DNA from: a virus | DNA: 64,000 nt | Direction: 5' to 3' (one strand) | Virus record (IMG/VR): IMGVR_UViG_3300006040_000001 | Location: 1-64,000 of that record | Part shown: one piece after another, positions 1 to 10,530 of the stretch | How the letters are laid out: the number at the start of each line of letters is the position of its first letter | Numbering within the stretch: the first letter of the stretch is position 1 | Program-made: the position numbers and the translations under genes | Notes under the pieces: generated by a model | Told to the model about the DNA's origin: nothing | The model's input: only the letters and a program-made list of their open reading frames with translations | Databases searched by the model: none

Positions 1-2
1 CC

Positions 3-158
3 GCTATCGTACGCGATAATAAACTAGCCGCGTTACGGGCTATTTACCAAAAGCGCTTAGAAGAGTCTGACGAATATAAAGCCCGTCAGCGTATAGCCTC
101 AGCGCATCTAGCGCTTACCGCTGGATTAGTTGGCGCATTTAACCCGCACGTGTATTGA
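3..158 (+). CDS. 3' end of a gene starting before the window (hypothetical)
   Basis: Open frame from the window edge, AIVRDNKLAALRAIYQKRLEESDEY...NPHVY, with TGA at 156-158 just before a promoter-like motif. Confidence 0.6.
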   Translation, partial: AIVRDNKLAALRAIYQKRLEESDEYKARQRIASAHLALTAGLVGAFNPHVY

Positions 159-160
159 AC

Positions 161-190
161 TAAAATACACGTATATATTATTTAACCGAG
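161..190 (+). promoter_or_regulatory. phiKZ-type early promoter motif (TATATTAT)
   Basis: TAAAATACACGTATATATTATTTAACC; the same core recurs before several + strand genes and resembles the phiKZ early consensus TATATTAC. Confidence 0.6.
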
Positions 191-226
191 ACTATAGCTC
201 TCACTATAAACCAATCGGAGATTACC

Positions 227-2257
227 ATGAACCAGCAACTCAAACAATTTGTAGCCAATATGTCGAAAACATACGGCTGCGATTCTTTAGCAGAACTCGA
301 AGTCTATGTGGCGCAGCTCAAATCAGAGTATGATGCAATGCATCGGTCTATTGCAGAGCTTCACACTATCCACGAAACTGACAGCATGGATACGCTGATC
401 CATGAAGCCCGTCATCTTAAAATGATCGCTACTGCACAGGCTACACAGCTATCCGGTTTATGGGAAGCCTTAGGTAGTTCTACATCAACCATGTTAGATA
501 CAGTTAAAGAGCTACAATCAGATCGTAAGATCCTTAATCAATTGAAAAGCGCCTTGGGTCTAAGTGACTCAACTAAGTGTTTAGCTAGTATCCAGCAGTT
601 ACAACGTTCAGCTTGGGCACCGGTGGACGCCGAGTTAGACCAGCTAAAAGAAAACAGTATGTTGCTAGAACATTTGCTGACAGCTACTGAATGCACCAAC
701 ACAATGGAGCTGATCAGTGCCTTTAAAGCGCATACAGCTCGCGTGTCTGCGGCTATTGCTGCTACCTATAAGCTAAGCCAAGCGTCAGCTAAATCCTTAA
801 CAGAGCTGTTATCCTACACAGGTTGCACTGACGTTAAGCAGTTGTGTAAAGAGCATAACCAGTATAAGTCGCAGTCTGCGACTATAGGTAAGTTGTTAGA
901 AGCCACAGGCTGTGCTGATTTAGATTCGTTAGCTAAACAGTATATTACATGGGCGGATAGCGATACATTGAATGAAGGTCTTTATATTGCACCTGGATCA
1001 CCGTTCTATGATAGCGTACCGGGTACTCATTTATCCAAAGCTCCTTCAGCTGTACCTAATTTAAATCTGGATACGTTAGTTAAGATTCTGGCTGCTCCTA
1101 CGGTATCGGTGGCCCGTAATGCATTATTAGCTATAGTAGCCAATGAAGTTATTGCGTTCCTAGGTAAATCAGGACATTCTACGTTACGTGACGCTTTATT
1201 TACGATCAATGATCTTAAAATGAAGGCTAACACCACACGGCAGTTAGAGGCTATAGTGCAGCCATTATTACCCACACAAACGGAGATAGATAATGCATTG
1301 GTCGAGTCACTGGTAGACCCTAAAACCCCACAGTCACACGCGGGTATTACTTTTGGCGTTAGCGTACCCGTTGGCACAGCAGCGCATAACACGTTATTAG
1401 AAGTACGTAAGATCCTAGGGTTAACCAAAGGTGATAATGTACTGACTCGCCTTAAACAGCTGGTCGATGCGTATGTAGAGGGTACTGATTTCCTACTGCG
1501 TCACAAGGTGCGTAGTTTCGAGTTAGCACATGAACGTATCATGAAGCTACTGACCACTGATCGTCACGTAACGGAGTTCTTAGCCACTGGCCCATTCGAG
1601 TCATTAGAACACGCTGTTACGATCTTAATGGAAGGTCGTCAGCTAGCCGATACTGTTAAAGCGTTTACGGATGAGCACGGCGGTGGACAGTTGTGTGATG
1701 TATCGGATATGATTGAAGAGCTACGTAAGCAACTCCAGGTAGCCCACACTAAGTTATATCCGCCGGTTCTTCCATGTAAAACGGATGTAATGAACTTAAC
1801 GCTACCCGAATCAATGATCCGCGACTTGTACGCCATTATCCCTACGAAAGCCGAGCCTAGTGATAATGAGTTTTCTATACCTGTTAATGTGCGTTTTACG
1901 CGCGAGCGTGTGGAATCAGTAACTTGGGCTAGAGGCAGCGTAACTGTCTCATCGGGCGGTGCTGCTGTAGAGGCATCTAAGTCAATGCAAAGCGCCATTA
2001 AAGCGCTGCTAAAACAATTAGATGTTTCCTCGGTAGACGAAGCCCATAAAGCAATCGCTAATATTAAACACCATAATGCACAAGGAGCCAAAGCACTTAC
2101 CGCAGCTATTGACATGCTCACAGCTGAAATGAAATACTGTTACGGACATGCTGTGGATGCCCGTGCCTTAAATGATGTAGCTAGATCAGCTCGTCACTTA
2201 GAACGCGGCGATCGTTTACGTAATGGGTTAAACGACGTAAAGGCATTAGTAAAGTAG
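227..2257 (+). CDS. hypothetical alpha-helical repeat/coiled-coil protein (676 aa)
   Basis: Long ORF with GGAG RBS; recurring units such as LLxxTGCxD/T-hxxL. Confidence 0.8.
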   Translation: MNQQLKQFVANMSKTYGCDSLAELEVYVAQLKSEYDAMHRSIAELHTIHETDSMDTLIHEARHLKMIATAQATQLSGLWEALGSSTSTMLDTVKELQSDRKILNQLKSALGLSDSTKCLASIQQLQRSAWAPVDAELDQLKENSMLLEHLLTATECTNTMELISAFKAHTARVSAAIAATYKLSQASAKSLTELLSYTGCTDVKQLCKEHNQYKSQSATIGKLLEATGCADLDSLAKQYITWADSDTLNEGLYIAPGSPFYDSVPGTHLSKAPSAVPNLNLDTLVKILAAPTVSVARNALLAIVANEVIAFLGKSGHSTLRDALFTINDLKMKANTTRQLEAIVQPLLPTQTEIDNALVESLVDPKTPQSHAGITFGVSVPVGTAAHNTLLEVRKILGLTKGDNVLTRLKQLVDAYVEGTDFLLRHKVRSFELAHERIMKLLTTDRHVTEFLATGPFESLEHAVTILMEGRQLADTVKAFTDEHGGGQLCDVSDMIEELRKQLQVAHTKLYPPVLPCKTDVMNLTLPESMIRDLYAIIPTKAEPSDNEFSIPVNVRFTRERVESVTWARGSVTVSSGGAAVEASKSMQSAIKALLKQLDVSSVDEAHKAIANIKHHNAQGAKALTAAIDMLTAEMKYCYGHAVDARALNDVARSARHLERGDRLRNGLNDVKALVK

Positions 2258-2298
2258 TATAATTTTACTACAATAGATATTATGTAGACAGATAAGCG

Positions 2299-2325
2299 CA
2301 AACGGGTAAAACCGTTTGTTCTTTT
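2299..2325 (+). terminator. probable intrinsic terminator
   Basis: CAAACGG-gtaaaa-CCGTTTG followed by TTCTTTT. Confidence 0.5.
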
Positions 2326-2360
2326 ACATAGAGCTATATGTTCCGTTTGGATTGAAACGT

Positions 2361-2390
2361 ATTTTAGCTATACATTATTTACCTGACAGC
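2361..2390 (+). promoter_or_regulatory. early promoter-like motif upstream of chimallin
   Basis: ATTTTAGCTATACATTATTTACC (TACATTAT variant of the recurring core). Confidence 0.5.
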
Positions 2391-2435
2391 TATCATCTAA
2401 AATAAGCTGTCTACTTTAACTCACTGGAGAGTCAC

Positions 2436-4280
2436 ATGGCCGTTAACAAGCCTACTAATACCACTAGTTCTACAGGTTCTACTACTAGCATGCCTCCTGT
2501 CGGTGGCTTACCACCAACACAACCACAAGAGCGTCAACCGCTCGGTCTATTAGGGATTGCTCAAGCATTCCGCGGTGCGGCCAATCGTTCATTGACCGCT
2601 GAAGTAGTTAAGCGTTATATGGATGCATTTAAGCGTCCAATGGAAGAACGCGGTGAGTACCGTTTAACAGAATTCGATCTCGCAGTACAGAACACCAAAG
2701 TATCCGCGATTATCGTCAGCTGTAAAATGGACACTAGCACAGGCGCACCAATGGTAATGGCACATGCTATTATCTTAGCAGCATCTAATCCACGCATCCC
2801 AGCTCGTACTCTAACATTCGGTAATCAGCCTGTAGAAATTCCATCTACTGCATCCGATTGCTTTAACAACGGCTTTGAAACCAAAATGATCTCGTTGATC
2901 CAATCACAATACCCAGGTGCCGATGTACGTAGTGCTGGTGGTAGTGTGTTGCACTCCGAAGTGTTGCCTGATGACGATGCTCGTATCCAGCGCGCATTTG
3001 CATATGCAGCCGAAGCCTGTGCGTACATGATGGATTGTTTGACCGGGTTCCAAATCCGCGATATTTTCAATGTCGGTATGTTTGAAAAGAACGACAAAGT
3101 TATTGCGCGTATCGAAAGCTATCCAGTGGTTGAAGCAGCAGGTATTCCGGTGCGTTCTGATCTATCGGTAGCTACGACGGGTCAAGTAGCAAACCAAGGT
3201 GACGTGTTCAACCGTAGTGAAGTGCCTATCACTACGGTGGATATTGCGATTGATTTGCAATACATCCAAGCTGAACAAGCCGGGCCGAACCAAATACAAG
3301 ACACACGTAACTACGGTCCTGTTGCTACGTTCACTAAAATGGCCAGCGAAATTGGTGCAGAAACCTTAGAGTTGCGTTTAACCGCAATTCACACGGGTAC
3401 TATCCTCTCCACTAACCATGCCTGGGCTACACCGTTTAAACCACGTATTGGCCGTCGCTTAGGTAACGTCAATGTCCGTGACTTAGCTGGTATTTGCTAC
3501 GAGCAGCTTCATTTGGTGGGTGGCCAACGCGGCGTTAAAATCGATACGGCTTCACCGCAGTTCGATGACAAAGCATTTGCATCGCTGTTAACTGCCAACG
3601 TGCGTGATGAGTTGTATTTCCGCATGCAGATCGAAGAGTGTGGTGAGATGAGCTGGTTAGACAGTATCTTCTTCATGGCAGCTAATAAAGACGCCAACGC
3701 GAAGCAGACTATTATCAATGCCGCTAACCGTTTAACCAATAACAACTTCGGTAAATATTGGGATGGTTCGTTGGAAATTGCGTTTAACGAAGACACACGT
3801 GTACCACTAGGTTATTTCACTGATGGTGCAGCCAACGTGCGTCGCAGCTTAACTGAAATTGGCTACTTAGAGTTGTTAAACCTATTCGGTGAAACCGACT
3901 TAGAATGGGTAACGGAATACGACACATTCCAAAACAACCGCTCTAACCCAATGGAAGTACGTTACAAGAAACACCTCGATATGTTAGACCGCGTCTTAGA
4001 GCGTCAGTATGAGCTTAAAGGCAGTGCGTTTATTATCGAGTTCAACAACGAGTTCTTGGGTGCGTTGTGTAAAGGCCTTAACGATTGCAACTTTGTTATC
4101 CAACCGGTTAACTTAGCGCAAGATACTACGATGCAACAACGTCGTGGTAGCGATCGTTTAAGCGGTCGTCGCGGTTTCAACAGCCAATTAGCAGTTGATG
4201 CATTCCGCTTCAGCTCGCCGCGTCAACAAACCAACAATGGTATTGGTAACAATCTCCGCTGGCAGGGTGCACGTCGTTAA
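2436..4280 (+). CDS. chmA: chimallin, phage nuclear shell protein (phiKZ gp54-like)
   Basis: 614 aa with disordered S/T/P-rich N-terminus and extended C-tail; own promoter and strong terminator; lies immediately upstream of nvRNAP beta'-N, the conserved chmA position. Confidence 0.75.
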   Translation: MAVNKPTNTTSSTGSTTSMPPVGGLPPTQPQERQPLGLLGIAQAFRGAANRSLTAEVVKRYMDAFKRPMEERGEYRLTEFDLAVQNTKVSAIIVSCKMDTSTGAPMVMAHAIILAASNPRIPARTLTFGNQPVEIPSTASDCFNNGFETKMISLIQSQYPGADVRSAGGSVLHSEVLPDDDARIQRAFAYAAEACAYMMDCLTGFQIRDIFNVGMFEKNDKVIARIESYPVVEAAGIPVRSDLSVATTGQVANQGDVFNRSEVPITTVDIAIDLQYIQAEQAGPNQIQDTRNYGPVATFTKMASEIGAETLELRLTAIHTGTILSTNHAWATPFKPRIGRRLGNVNVRDLAGICYEQLHLVGGQRGVKIDTASPQFDDKAFASLLTANVRDELYFRMQIEECGEMSWLDSIFFMAANKDANAKQTIINAANRLTNNNFGKYWDGSLEIAFNEDTRVPLGYFTDGAANVRRSLTEIGYLELLNLFGETDLEWVTEYDTFQNNRSNPMEVRYKKHLDMLDRVLERQYELKGSAFIIEFNNEFLGALCKGLNDCNFVIQPVNLAQDTTMQQRRGSDRLSGRRGFNSQLAVDAFRFSSPRQQTNNGIGNNLRWQGARR

Positions 4281-4299
4281 TCGACACGGTCGTTAATCT

Positions 4300-4333
4300 A
4301 AAAGAGTAGTGGCATTGCCACTACTCTTTTTTT
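4300..4333 (+). terminator. strong intrinsic terminator
   Basis: AAAAGAGTAGTGGCA-T-TGCCACTACTCTTTTTTT. Confidence 0.85.
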
Positions 4334-4356
4334 ACCCTTTTTTATAGGTATCGACT

Positions 4357-5817
4357 ATGTTCAATCAAACTCCTACGGAGCACGACGGCGTCTATCAGGA
4401 ATGCGTAGATCACGACGCACTGTACGAATCCTTAACGTTCCAACCCGTAATTGCTAACTTTTTAGATATTACCACGCTCAAAGGTAAAGAGGAACTTAAC
4501 CAGTTACTATATAGCCGATATGAAGGGGATAGTTTAAACGTTATCCCGACGTGTGACTGCGGTATATTAGCTGGTGGTCGCTATTTAGATAAGTTATGCA
4601 CCAACTGTAACACTACGTGTACCTACGTAACCGAAAAGGCATTAGAGTCCTTATTATGGATTCAAGCACCGCGTGGTATTGCCCGACTGATCACCCCTAC
4701 GGCATGGCTAATATTATCAGATGCATGGTCATTCCCTGCGTTTAATTTATTAGAGTGGTTAACCAACCCACTGTATCAAACTAACCCTAAGACCATGGGT
4801 AAGCTGATGCCTAAACTACAGCGTTTTATCGACCATGGTATACCACGGGGCATTAATCACTTCTACGAAAACTTCGATACAATCGTTGAGTTAATCTATC
4901 GCCTAAAGATCGTGAAAGACTTCGGCCCAAAAGGTAACGATATACAGACGTGGATTAGTGAAAATAGAAACTATATATTCCCGCAGTTCCTACCAGTACC
5001 TAGTAAAGTAGGGTTCGTCGTAGAAGACTCCGGTAACTCCACTTACATCGATGATACGATTACATTAGCGTTTGATGCCATCCGCACAATCATTGCAATC
5101 GAAACCGCTACGATACCCTTATCCTCTAACCGCACACAAGCCAATGCCGTTACAGCGATCAAAACACTAGCCCAATATTACTTTACATTTGCGGGTGATA
5201 CGCTAGGTGGTAAACCCGGGGTGTTCCGTAAACACGTGTTTGGCGGTTCGTTGATGTTTACCGGGCGGGCGGTCATTAGTTCGTTGTCTAAACACCATAG
5301 CTATGACGAATTACATTTACCATGGTCGTTAGCAATCCAGTTATTGAAATTACATATTGCTAGTAAGTTGCTGAAACCGCCGTACCGTATGACCAGTACC
5401 GTGATCAATAACTTATGCCGTGATTACGCATTAAAGTACCATCCAATATTAGATGAAGTGATGACTACTTTAATACGTGAAGCTCCTAAAGGCAAGCTGC
5501 CGTGTTTGTTCCAACGTAACCCATCACTAAACCGTGGCTCCTGTATGCTACTGTTTATTACTAAAATCAAAACGGATCCAAAAGACAACACCATTGGTTT
5601 TAGTGTGCTGACCCTAAAGGCGTGTAACGCCGATTACGATGGCGATGAGATGAATCTAATGTTAATCTTAGATAACTATACTTACCGCAGACTATCGCGA
5701 CTAGAGCCGCATTTGTTTGCCCTCGATTTAGATGCACCACGGCGAATATCGCGCTATTTAACTATGCCGGGCCCAGTGGTATCAACCATAGCGGAATGGC
5801 TACACAAAGGTAGATAA
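4357..5817 (+). CDS. rpoC: non-virion RNA polymerase beta' subunit, N-terminal/catalytic part (phiKZ gp55-like)
   Basis: Zn ribbon CDCG...CTNC, GKPGVFRKHVFG, FTGRAVI, QRNPSL and catalytic NADYDGDEMN. Confidence 0.93.
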   Translation: MFNQTPTEHDGVYQECVDHDALYESLTFQPVIANFLDITTLKGKEELNQLLYSRYEGDSLNVIPTCDCGILAGGRYLDKLCTNCNTTCTYVTEKALESLLWIQAPRGIARLITPTAWLILSDAWSFPAFNLLEWLTNPLYQTNPKTMGKLMPKLQRFIDHGIPRGINHFYENFDTIVELIYRLKIVKDFGPKGNDIQTWISENRNYIFPQFLPVPSKVGFVVEDSGNSTYIDDTITLAFDAIRTIIAIETATIPLSSNRTQANAVTAIKTLAQYYFTFAGDTLGGKPGVFRKHVFGGSLMFTGRAVISSLSKHHSYDELHLPWSLAIQLLKLHIASKLLKPPYRMTSTVINNLCRDYALKYHPILDEVMTTLIREAPKGKLPCLFQRNPSLNRGSCMLLFITKIKTDPKDNTIGFSVLTLKACNADYDGDEMNLMLILDNYTYRRLSRLEPHLFALDLDAPRRISRYLTMPGPVVSTIAEWLHKGR

Positions 5818-5832
5818 CAGACGGAGACTAAT

Positions 5833-6456
5833 ATGAGCGCCTTCGTATATGGCGGCGATGACGAATTCGATGCGCTAGCGTTTGGCAGACCGCATCCTAA
5901 CACCATCGCATTTTTAACAGAACACCAGCAACATCGTCAACCTAATCGCTTATCCGTAGCAGCACAACGGTTTAGCGAATCAGTCAGCACTATCTATAAA
6001 CGATATAATGACAGTGATGCTGTACGGATAGCCAGGGCAGCCGCCCGTAAGGTAGCACACCTATGGCAAACCGATGCAATCAAACCACTGAACAGTATCG
6101 GTGACTTTCAACAAGCCCCACTAACCATGCAACGCTGGAATATGGCTGAGCCTACGATACGTAAGATGTATCACGCGCAGCAATGCGACGGCTATAGCGA
6201 GTCCTACGTGGATGTGGATCCTACGCATATTGCTGAAACACATTACGACTATCGCCGAGCTACGCACGGCGTGTGGTTCCGTAAAGACGATAAACAACCG
6301 CTAGGCGCTACTACGTATTACGATGAGTTACGTGAAGGCGATAGTAAACTATATCTAGCCGAACAAGCAGATATCCACAGTAGCTGGTGCAAACTCCGTG
6401 AGCATATCAAAGCCTATGGAGATGATCCTACTAGTAAATTCAACAGCCAACTATAA
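5833..6456 (+). CDS. conserved phiKZ-like hypothetical protein (gp59-like position)
   Basis: 207 aa, GGAG RBS, C-terminal DDPTS; synteny. Confidence 0.7.
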   Translation: MSAFVYGGDDEFDALAFGRPHPNTIAFLTEHQQHRQPNRLSVAAQRFSESVSTIYKRYNDSDAVRIARAAARKVAHLWQTDAIKPLNSIGDFQQAPLTMQRWNMAEPTIRKMYHAQQCDGYSESYVDVDPTHIAETHYDYRRATHGVWFRKDDKQPLGATTYYDELREGDSKLYLAEQADIHSSWCKLREHIKAYGDDPTSKFNSQL

Positions 6457-6459
6457 ACC

Positions 6460-6485
6460 AGACAGGCTACCTAGGTAGCCTGTCT
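6460..6485. repeat. perfect 26-bp palindrome/hairpin
   Basis: AGACAGGCTACCTAGGTAGCCTGTCT, intergenic. Confidence 0.8.
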
Positions 6486-6503
6486 ACACCAGAGACCATT
6501 ACC

Positions 6504-6956
6504 ATGATCACTCCAGTTTGCATACATACAGGACACTTTATACCGACAGGCGTTACAGCCCCTTTTAAATGCCGTAGTATACCGGCAACTTATCATGAGT
6601 GCTATTACCCTGAACGTAAAGGAGTCCAGGTAGGTTACACCGAACTCAAATCAATATTCGATGAATGGCTTAGTAACCGTCAGCAGAATCCTAATGTATC
6701 GTTATGGATAGCTACTGAAGATACGCGTTTAATCAACTGGACTTTAGAACAGTTAGAAAAACTGAAACTCACGAGTTTAGTATGTGTAATATTACACACA
6801 CGCAAAAGCCGTACCGAATATCCTGTGGATGAAGCAGGCGTAGTACGCGGTGGATGGCCGTACGGTTGTTTAGATGTTACACCTGATGACCTAACGGGTA
6901 TTTTAGCGCCCTTATCTAAGCGCCGTAAAATAACACGCACCACCACTACTGAGTAA
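6504..6956 (+). CDS. hypothetical protein
   Basis: 150-aa ORF in a co-directional run. Confidence 0.7.
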   Translation: MITPVCIHTGHFIPTGVTAPFKCRSIPATYHECYYPERKGVQVGYTELKSIFDEWLSNRQQNPNVSLWIATEDTRLINWTLEQLEKLKLTSLVCVILHTRKSRTEYPVDEAGVVRGGWPYGCLDVTPDDLTGILAPLSKRRKITRTTTTE

Positions 6957-6961
6957 TTAAT

Positions 6962-7234
6962 ATGCCAATTGAAGTAATACTGCGCGATGGCAAAGAATAC
7001 GCCTCGGATGAACTCCTACTCCAAGGCATTTACCGCACCGATAGTGACGCTCCTATGGGCGCAGTAACGTTGTACGATACCGCCGACCGAGTGCAGCTAC
7101 CGTTTAATAAACGTATGCGTATAATCGGTAAATTGTGTAAGTTCAACCCTGATAGTTATCCGTTTAGATTTCAAAACGGATGCGGTATAGCGGAGTTAAT
7201 AGTTGCTAAGTACGGTTCCGTACAGTTCCAATAA
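6962..7234 (+). CDS. hypothetical protein
   Basis: 90-aa ORF, tightly packed, followed by a hairpin at 7244-7269. Confidence 0.65.
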   Translation: MPIEVILRDGKEYASDELLLQGIYRTDSDAPMGAVTLYDTADRVQLPFNKRMRIIGKLCKFNPDSYPFRFQNGCGIAELIVAKYGSVQFQ

Positions 7235-7292
7235 CCTTCAATATTTACTCCGTTTTAGGGCGGAGTAAAATTATAAATACCGGAGTTACATT

Positions 7293-7694
7293 ATGGTAAT
7301 GGCAGTGCCCAGTCTAGATACAGCCGGATGGGTAGAAGATGTTGGCGAGAAAGCAGAACGACTACTCGCTTATTTTCTAACCAGCGACTACTCGCAGTCT
7401 AATACACACGCGGGTTTAATCCAGTCTTTGCCGTATATTATCCAATCCTATATCGGCAACTTTCTTTTTTTGAGGGGTGAGATAGATAGAGCGCTTAATA
7501 CGTTGTACAGCGCATGGTTCGATGGATGTAGTATTACAGTGACCATTGACCCAGTCATCGTAGGGGGCGTAGAGTCTGAATCCGAATACTCTATTAAGTT
7601 AGATGTTACCGTAATGGAAGATGGTGTAAGGCACAGTCTAGGTAGATTGTTGTCGGTTAATAACAAAGTTATTAATCAAATTACCTCTCTCTGA
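7293..7694 (+). CDS. conserved phiKZ-like hypothetical protein
   Basis: 133 aa, GGAG RBS; VPSLDxxGW...FLTSDYSQS pattern; synteny. Confidence 0.7.
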   Translation: MVMAVPSLDTAGWVEDVGEKAERLLAYFLTSDYSQSNTHAGLIQSLPYIIQSYIGNFLFLRGEIDRALNTLYSAWFDGCSITVTIDPVIVGGVESESEYSIKLDVTVMEDGVRHSLGRLLSVNNKVINQITSL

Positions 7695-7715
7695 ACTATA
7701 AAGGTTTAACACATT

Positions 7716-7988
7716 ATGAAAAATACGATAGCAGCATTAGTCACTATGCAAGCAGATCCGTTTCCAGGTGAGCCGGAGCCAACGGATATGTTAGTCCGCG
7801 TAGTAGAGTTTAATGAAAACGGTTTAGAAATCGTTGTGTTCTCAGGTGGCGTTGAAGCGACGCCTAATGAATGTGGTCTAGCGCAGTATATGATCTCGCG
7901 GCTAGGTTATACTAACACTGCCTTAAAAGTAGGACAAGAGTTTCACTTACGACCTAGTTTAATTGTCGGTACTGCCGCGCCCTTTTAA
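7716..7988 (+). CDS. hypothetical protein
   Basis: 90-aa ORF with AAGG RBS. Confidence 0.6.
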   Translation: MKNTIAALVTMQADPFPGEPEPTDMLVRVVEFNENGLEIVVFSGGVEATPNECGLAQYMISRLGYTNTALKVGQEFHLRPSLIVGTAAPF

Positions 7989-8001
7989 TGAGGTATGTAT
8001 C

Positions 8002-8514
8002 ATGCAAATGGAATACGATGATGCTGTTGACACCATACTAGGCTTAGCGCCTGTAGAAATACAGGAATCAGTATTTAAACGATACTTACCTCTATTCGCC
8101 TATCGCCCTGGTTCCACTGAAAAACTACCGATCGCAGACTGGGTAGAAATTGCCCGCAGCCCATTCGCTGAAGTCGCCGTCTATAATAACAAAACATATC
8201 TGTTCACCGTACCGCCGCTGCTAACACGTAATGATACACTGGGTAACTTGCCGAGTACCATTAACATTAACGACGTGGTGACCCAGTCTAAACTAAAATC
8301 TGATGTGCATGAAAATCTAGGCGAAGCACATTTCCGCGATCATTTGCTGAATCGGTTGCCACCGCCACCGCCAATCAATGTATCTATTGCGCTGCGACTG
8401 AATGATATCTTTAAGCGGTACGGAATGCCACTAATACCCTTAGGTCGGCAGACTTCCAATAACGCTGAACCTAAACCAGCACAGGCTATTTATGATGGGT
8501 ACGAAGACCTGTAA
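8002..8514 (+). CDS. conserved phiKZ-like hypothetical protein
   Basis: ATG 8002 after GAGGT RBS; LFTVPPL motif; overlaps the sbcD start. Confidence 0.7.
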   Translation: MQMEYDDAVDTILGLAPVEIQESVFKRYLPLFAYRPGSTEKLPIADWVEIARSPFAEVAVYNNKTYLFTVPPLLTRNDTLGNLPSTININDVVTQSKLKSDVHENLGEAHFRDHLLNRLPPPPPINVSIALRLNDIFKRYGMPLIPLGRQTSNNAEPKPAQAIYDGYEDL

Positions 8515-9637
8515 CTATATTAACCTAGCTAGTTTCTCAGATGTACACTTGGCACACCCAAAAACCCCAACCGGGCATATACTGGGTGTATTAAGACATT
8601 ATTTCCCAGACTGCCATGCTACCGCCGAGTTAGATATTATTTTCATACCCGGCGATTTCTTCGATAGACGGCTAGAGCTACCTGAAGAACAAGTTTACGA
8701 GATCCGTCGTTTCATTACAGGTTTCTTAAGACTTTGTAAGAAACACGATATAGTATTACGAGTTTTAGAAGGTACGCCATCACACGACTGGCGGCAGTCC
8801 AAACTGTTCACGCATCTCAACGAGATAAATGAGATAGAAGCAGATGTTCGGTACGTGGATGTACTCAGTATTGAATATATCGAACGCCTAGATTTACAGG
8901 TGTTATATATACCTGATGAATGGCGTGCTACCACGCGTGAGGTATGGTCTGACGTACAGGCCAAGCTACACGAACATCAATTGAGTAAAGTCGATATAGT
9001 CATTATGCATGGCGCATTTCCCCATCAGATGCCTGAGCATTTACATAACCGGTTACAACTCCACGACCCTAATGCATTTTTGAGCATATGTAACTACGTA
9101 ATCATCGTAGGACACATTCATTTCTTTAGTCAGTACGAACGTATACTAGCCAGTGGTTCATTAGACAGACTCCACCATGGCGAAGAAGCCCCCAAAGGAC
9201 ATCTGCGTATTCGTATTGATCGATTACATGGTCAGCACGTTATCCAGTTTATTGAAAATGAATACGCTGTGTTGTATAAAACCTACGACTGCACCGGGTT
9301 AGACGAACACGGCGTTAATGATCTATTGGAGGCAGCCTTAGCTAGACTACCTAAAGATAGTCACGTCCGTATTAAGTGTAAACGCGGTGATGCTGTAGTA
9401 GCTATGCTACCGCATTATATTAACCGTTACCCTAGTATAGATTGGTCTATTAAAGAAACAGGCCGTAACACGGAGACCGATAGCACAGATGTTATTGATA
9501 AAGTATCTACCCGCGCTAAAGGTACTCAGATTAACGCAGGTAACATAGCTCAGTTGCTGATCGGCCGCATAGAGTTAAAACATCCAGCACTGGCACAGCG
9601 CTGCCAGCGGCTGTTATTAGAGGTTCTAAATGAATAG
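8492..9637 (+). CDS. sbcD: SbcD/Mre11-like metallophosphoesterase nuclease
   Basis: SDVH, PGDFFD, GTPSHD, MHG and GHIH motifs. Confidence 0.9.
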   Translation: MMGTKTCNYINLASFSDVHLAHPKTPTGHILGVLRHYFPDCHATAELDIIFIPGDFFDRRLELPEEQVYEIRRFITGFLRLCKKHDIVLRVLEGTPSHDWRQSKLFTHLNEINEIEADVRYVDVLSIEYIERLDLQVLYIPDEWRATTREVWSDVQAKLHEHQLSKVDIVIMHGAFPHQMPEHLHNRLQLHDPNAFLSICNYVIIVGHIHFFSQYERILASGSLDRLHHGEEAPKGHLRIRIDRLHGQHVIQFIENEYAVLYKTYDCTGLDEHGVNDLLEAALARLPKDSHVRIKCKRGDAVVAMLPHYINRYPSIDWSIKETGRNTETDSTDVIDKVSTRAKGTQINAGNIAQLLIGRIELKHPALAQRCQRLLLEVLNE

Positions 9638-10478
9638 TGCCCAACGACTAGAGGAGCGCACTAAGTCACAGTTCCCGTTATCAATCGCTACGAGCCTAGC
9701 GATTGAAGGACTATTCGGTATAATAGTAGATCGTCCGGATCCAAAACCGGTATGGCCTCAATACACGGATCTGTTCATTAATGTCCGTACGTTGTTCCGT
9801 AATTTGGTAGGGTCACTGACAGCTACGGATAACAACGCACTACAGCCTGGTGAGTATGGCGCTGCATTAATAGAAGAGATGACTATAATACAGAACATTG
9901 TAACGCAGTATTCTAAAGGTCGTATTAACGTACACTTTTATGCCTGTACTTACAACAGTCTTACAGGGTTCTTTCCATTTGCTTATTTCAAAGAGGTTAA
10001 CACAGAAAAACAAAAGATGTACGCGCTATTAGAAAATACTAGCATCGATCGTGTGTTTCAAATATTGGGTAAAGATCAGTCTATGCTCACACGTTACGAT
10101 GTTAATATTACACATCCGGGTAAGGCTACTTTGTTATTAAGTCATTACCCGGTAGATCTGCTCAACGTAAGACAAACTACTGAGTTAGGTTTATTAGAAT
10201 CGCATACAGGTGCTGTTAAATTAAGGCACCGCTGGAACTCAAAACTGTATAATGGCAAAGACCTCACGATCATACCGTTCGATAAAATGACGGTTCAACT
10301 ATTTGGGGACCACGGTAATCTATTTAAACCGTACCCTAAAGATATACGTGATAAAGTATTAGCTATAGCGAAGCAGTATAAATGGCATTCAGCCACTACC
10401 CGCGATCGTATTATGCAGTCAATCCAGTTAGCGCATGAACCACTGTTAATGGTAATGGTCAGAAAATTGTATCTCTGA
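9630..10478 (+). CDS. conserved phiKZ gp66-like protein (possible PIN/5'-nuclease-like fold)
   Basis: 282 aa; FINVRTLFRN, SHYPVDLL, LLESHTG; synteny; the fold is inferred. Confidence 0.65.
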   Translation: MNSAQRLEERTKSQFPLSIATSLAIEGLFGIIVDRPDPKPVWPQYTDLFINVRTLFRNLVGSLTATDNNALQPGEYGAALIEEMTIIQNIVTQYSKGRINVHFYACTYNSLTGFFPFAYFKEVNTEKQKMYALLENTSIDRVFQILGKDQSMLTRYDVNITHPGKATLLLSHYPVDLLNVRQTTELGLLESHTGAVKLRHRWNSKLYNGKDLTIIPFDKMTVQLFGDHGNLFKPYPKDIRDKVLAIAKQYKWHSATTRDRIMQSIQLAHEPLLMVMVRKLYL

Positions 10479-10530
10479 TCATTTTTTACAACGTATACCT
10501 ATTAGATGTAACTAACCCGGAGTATCTTTA

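Noticed and set aside
130-333. 67-aa ORF and the many antisense ORFs inside long genes
   Set aside because: Shadow frames overlapping well-supported genes, with no RBS or motifs
7461-7471. T-run in the 133-aa gene as another frameshift site
   Set aside because: Mid-gene, with no overlapping downstream ORF or stimulator identified
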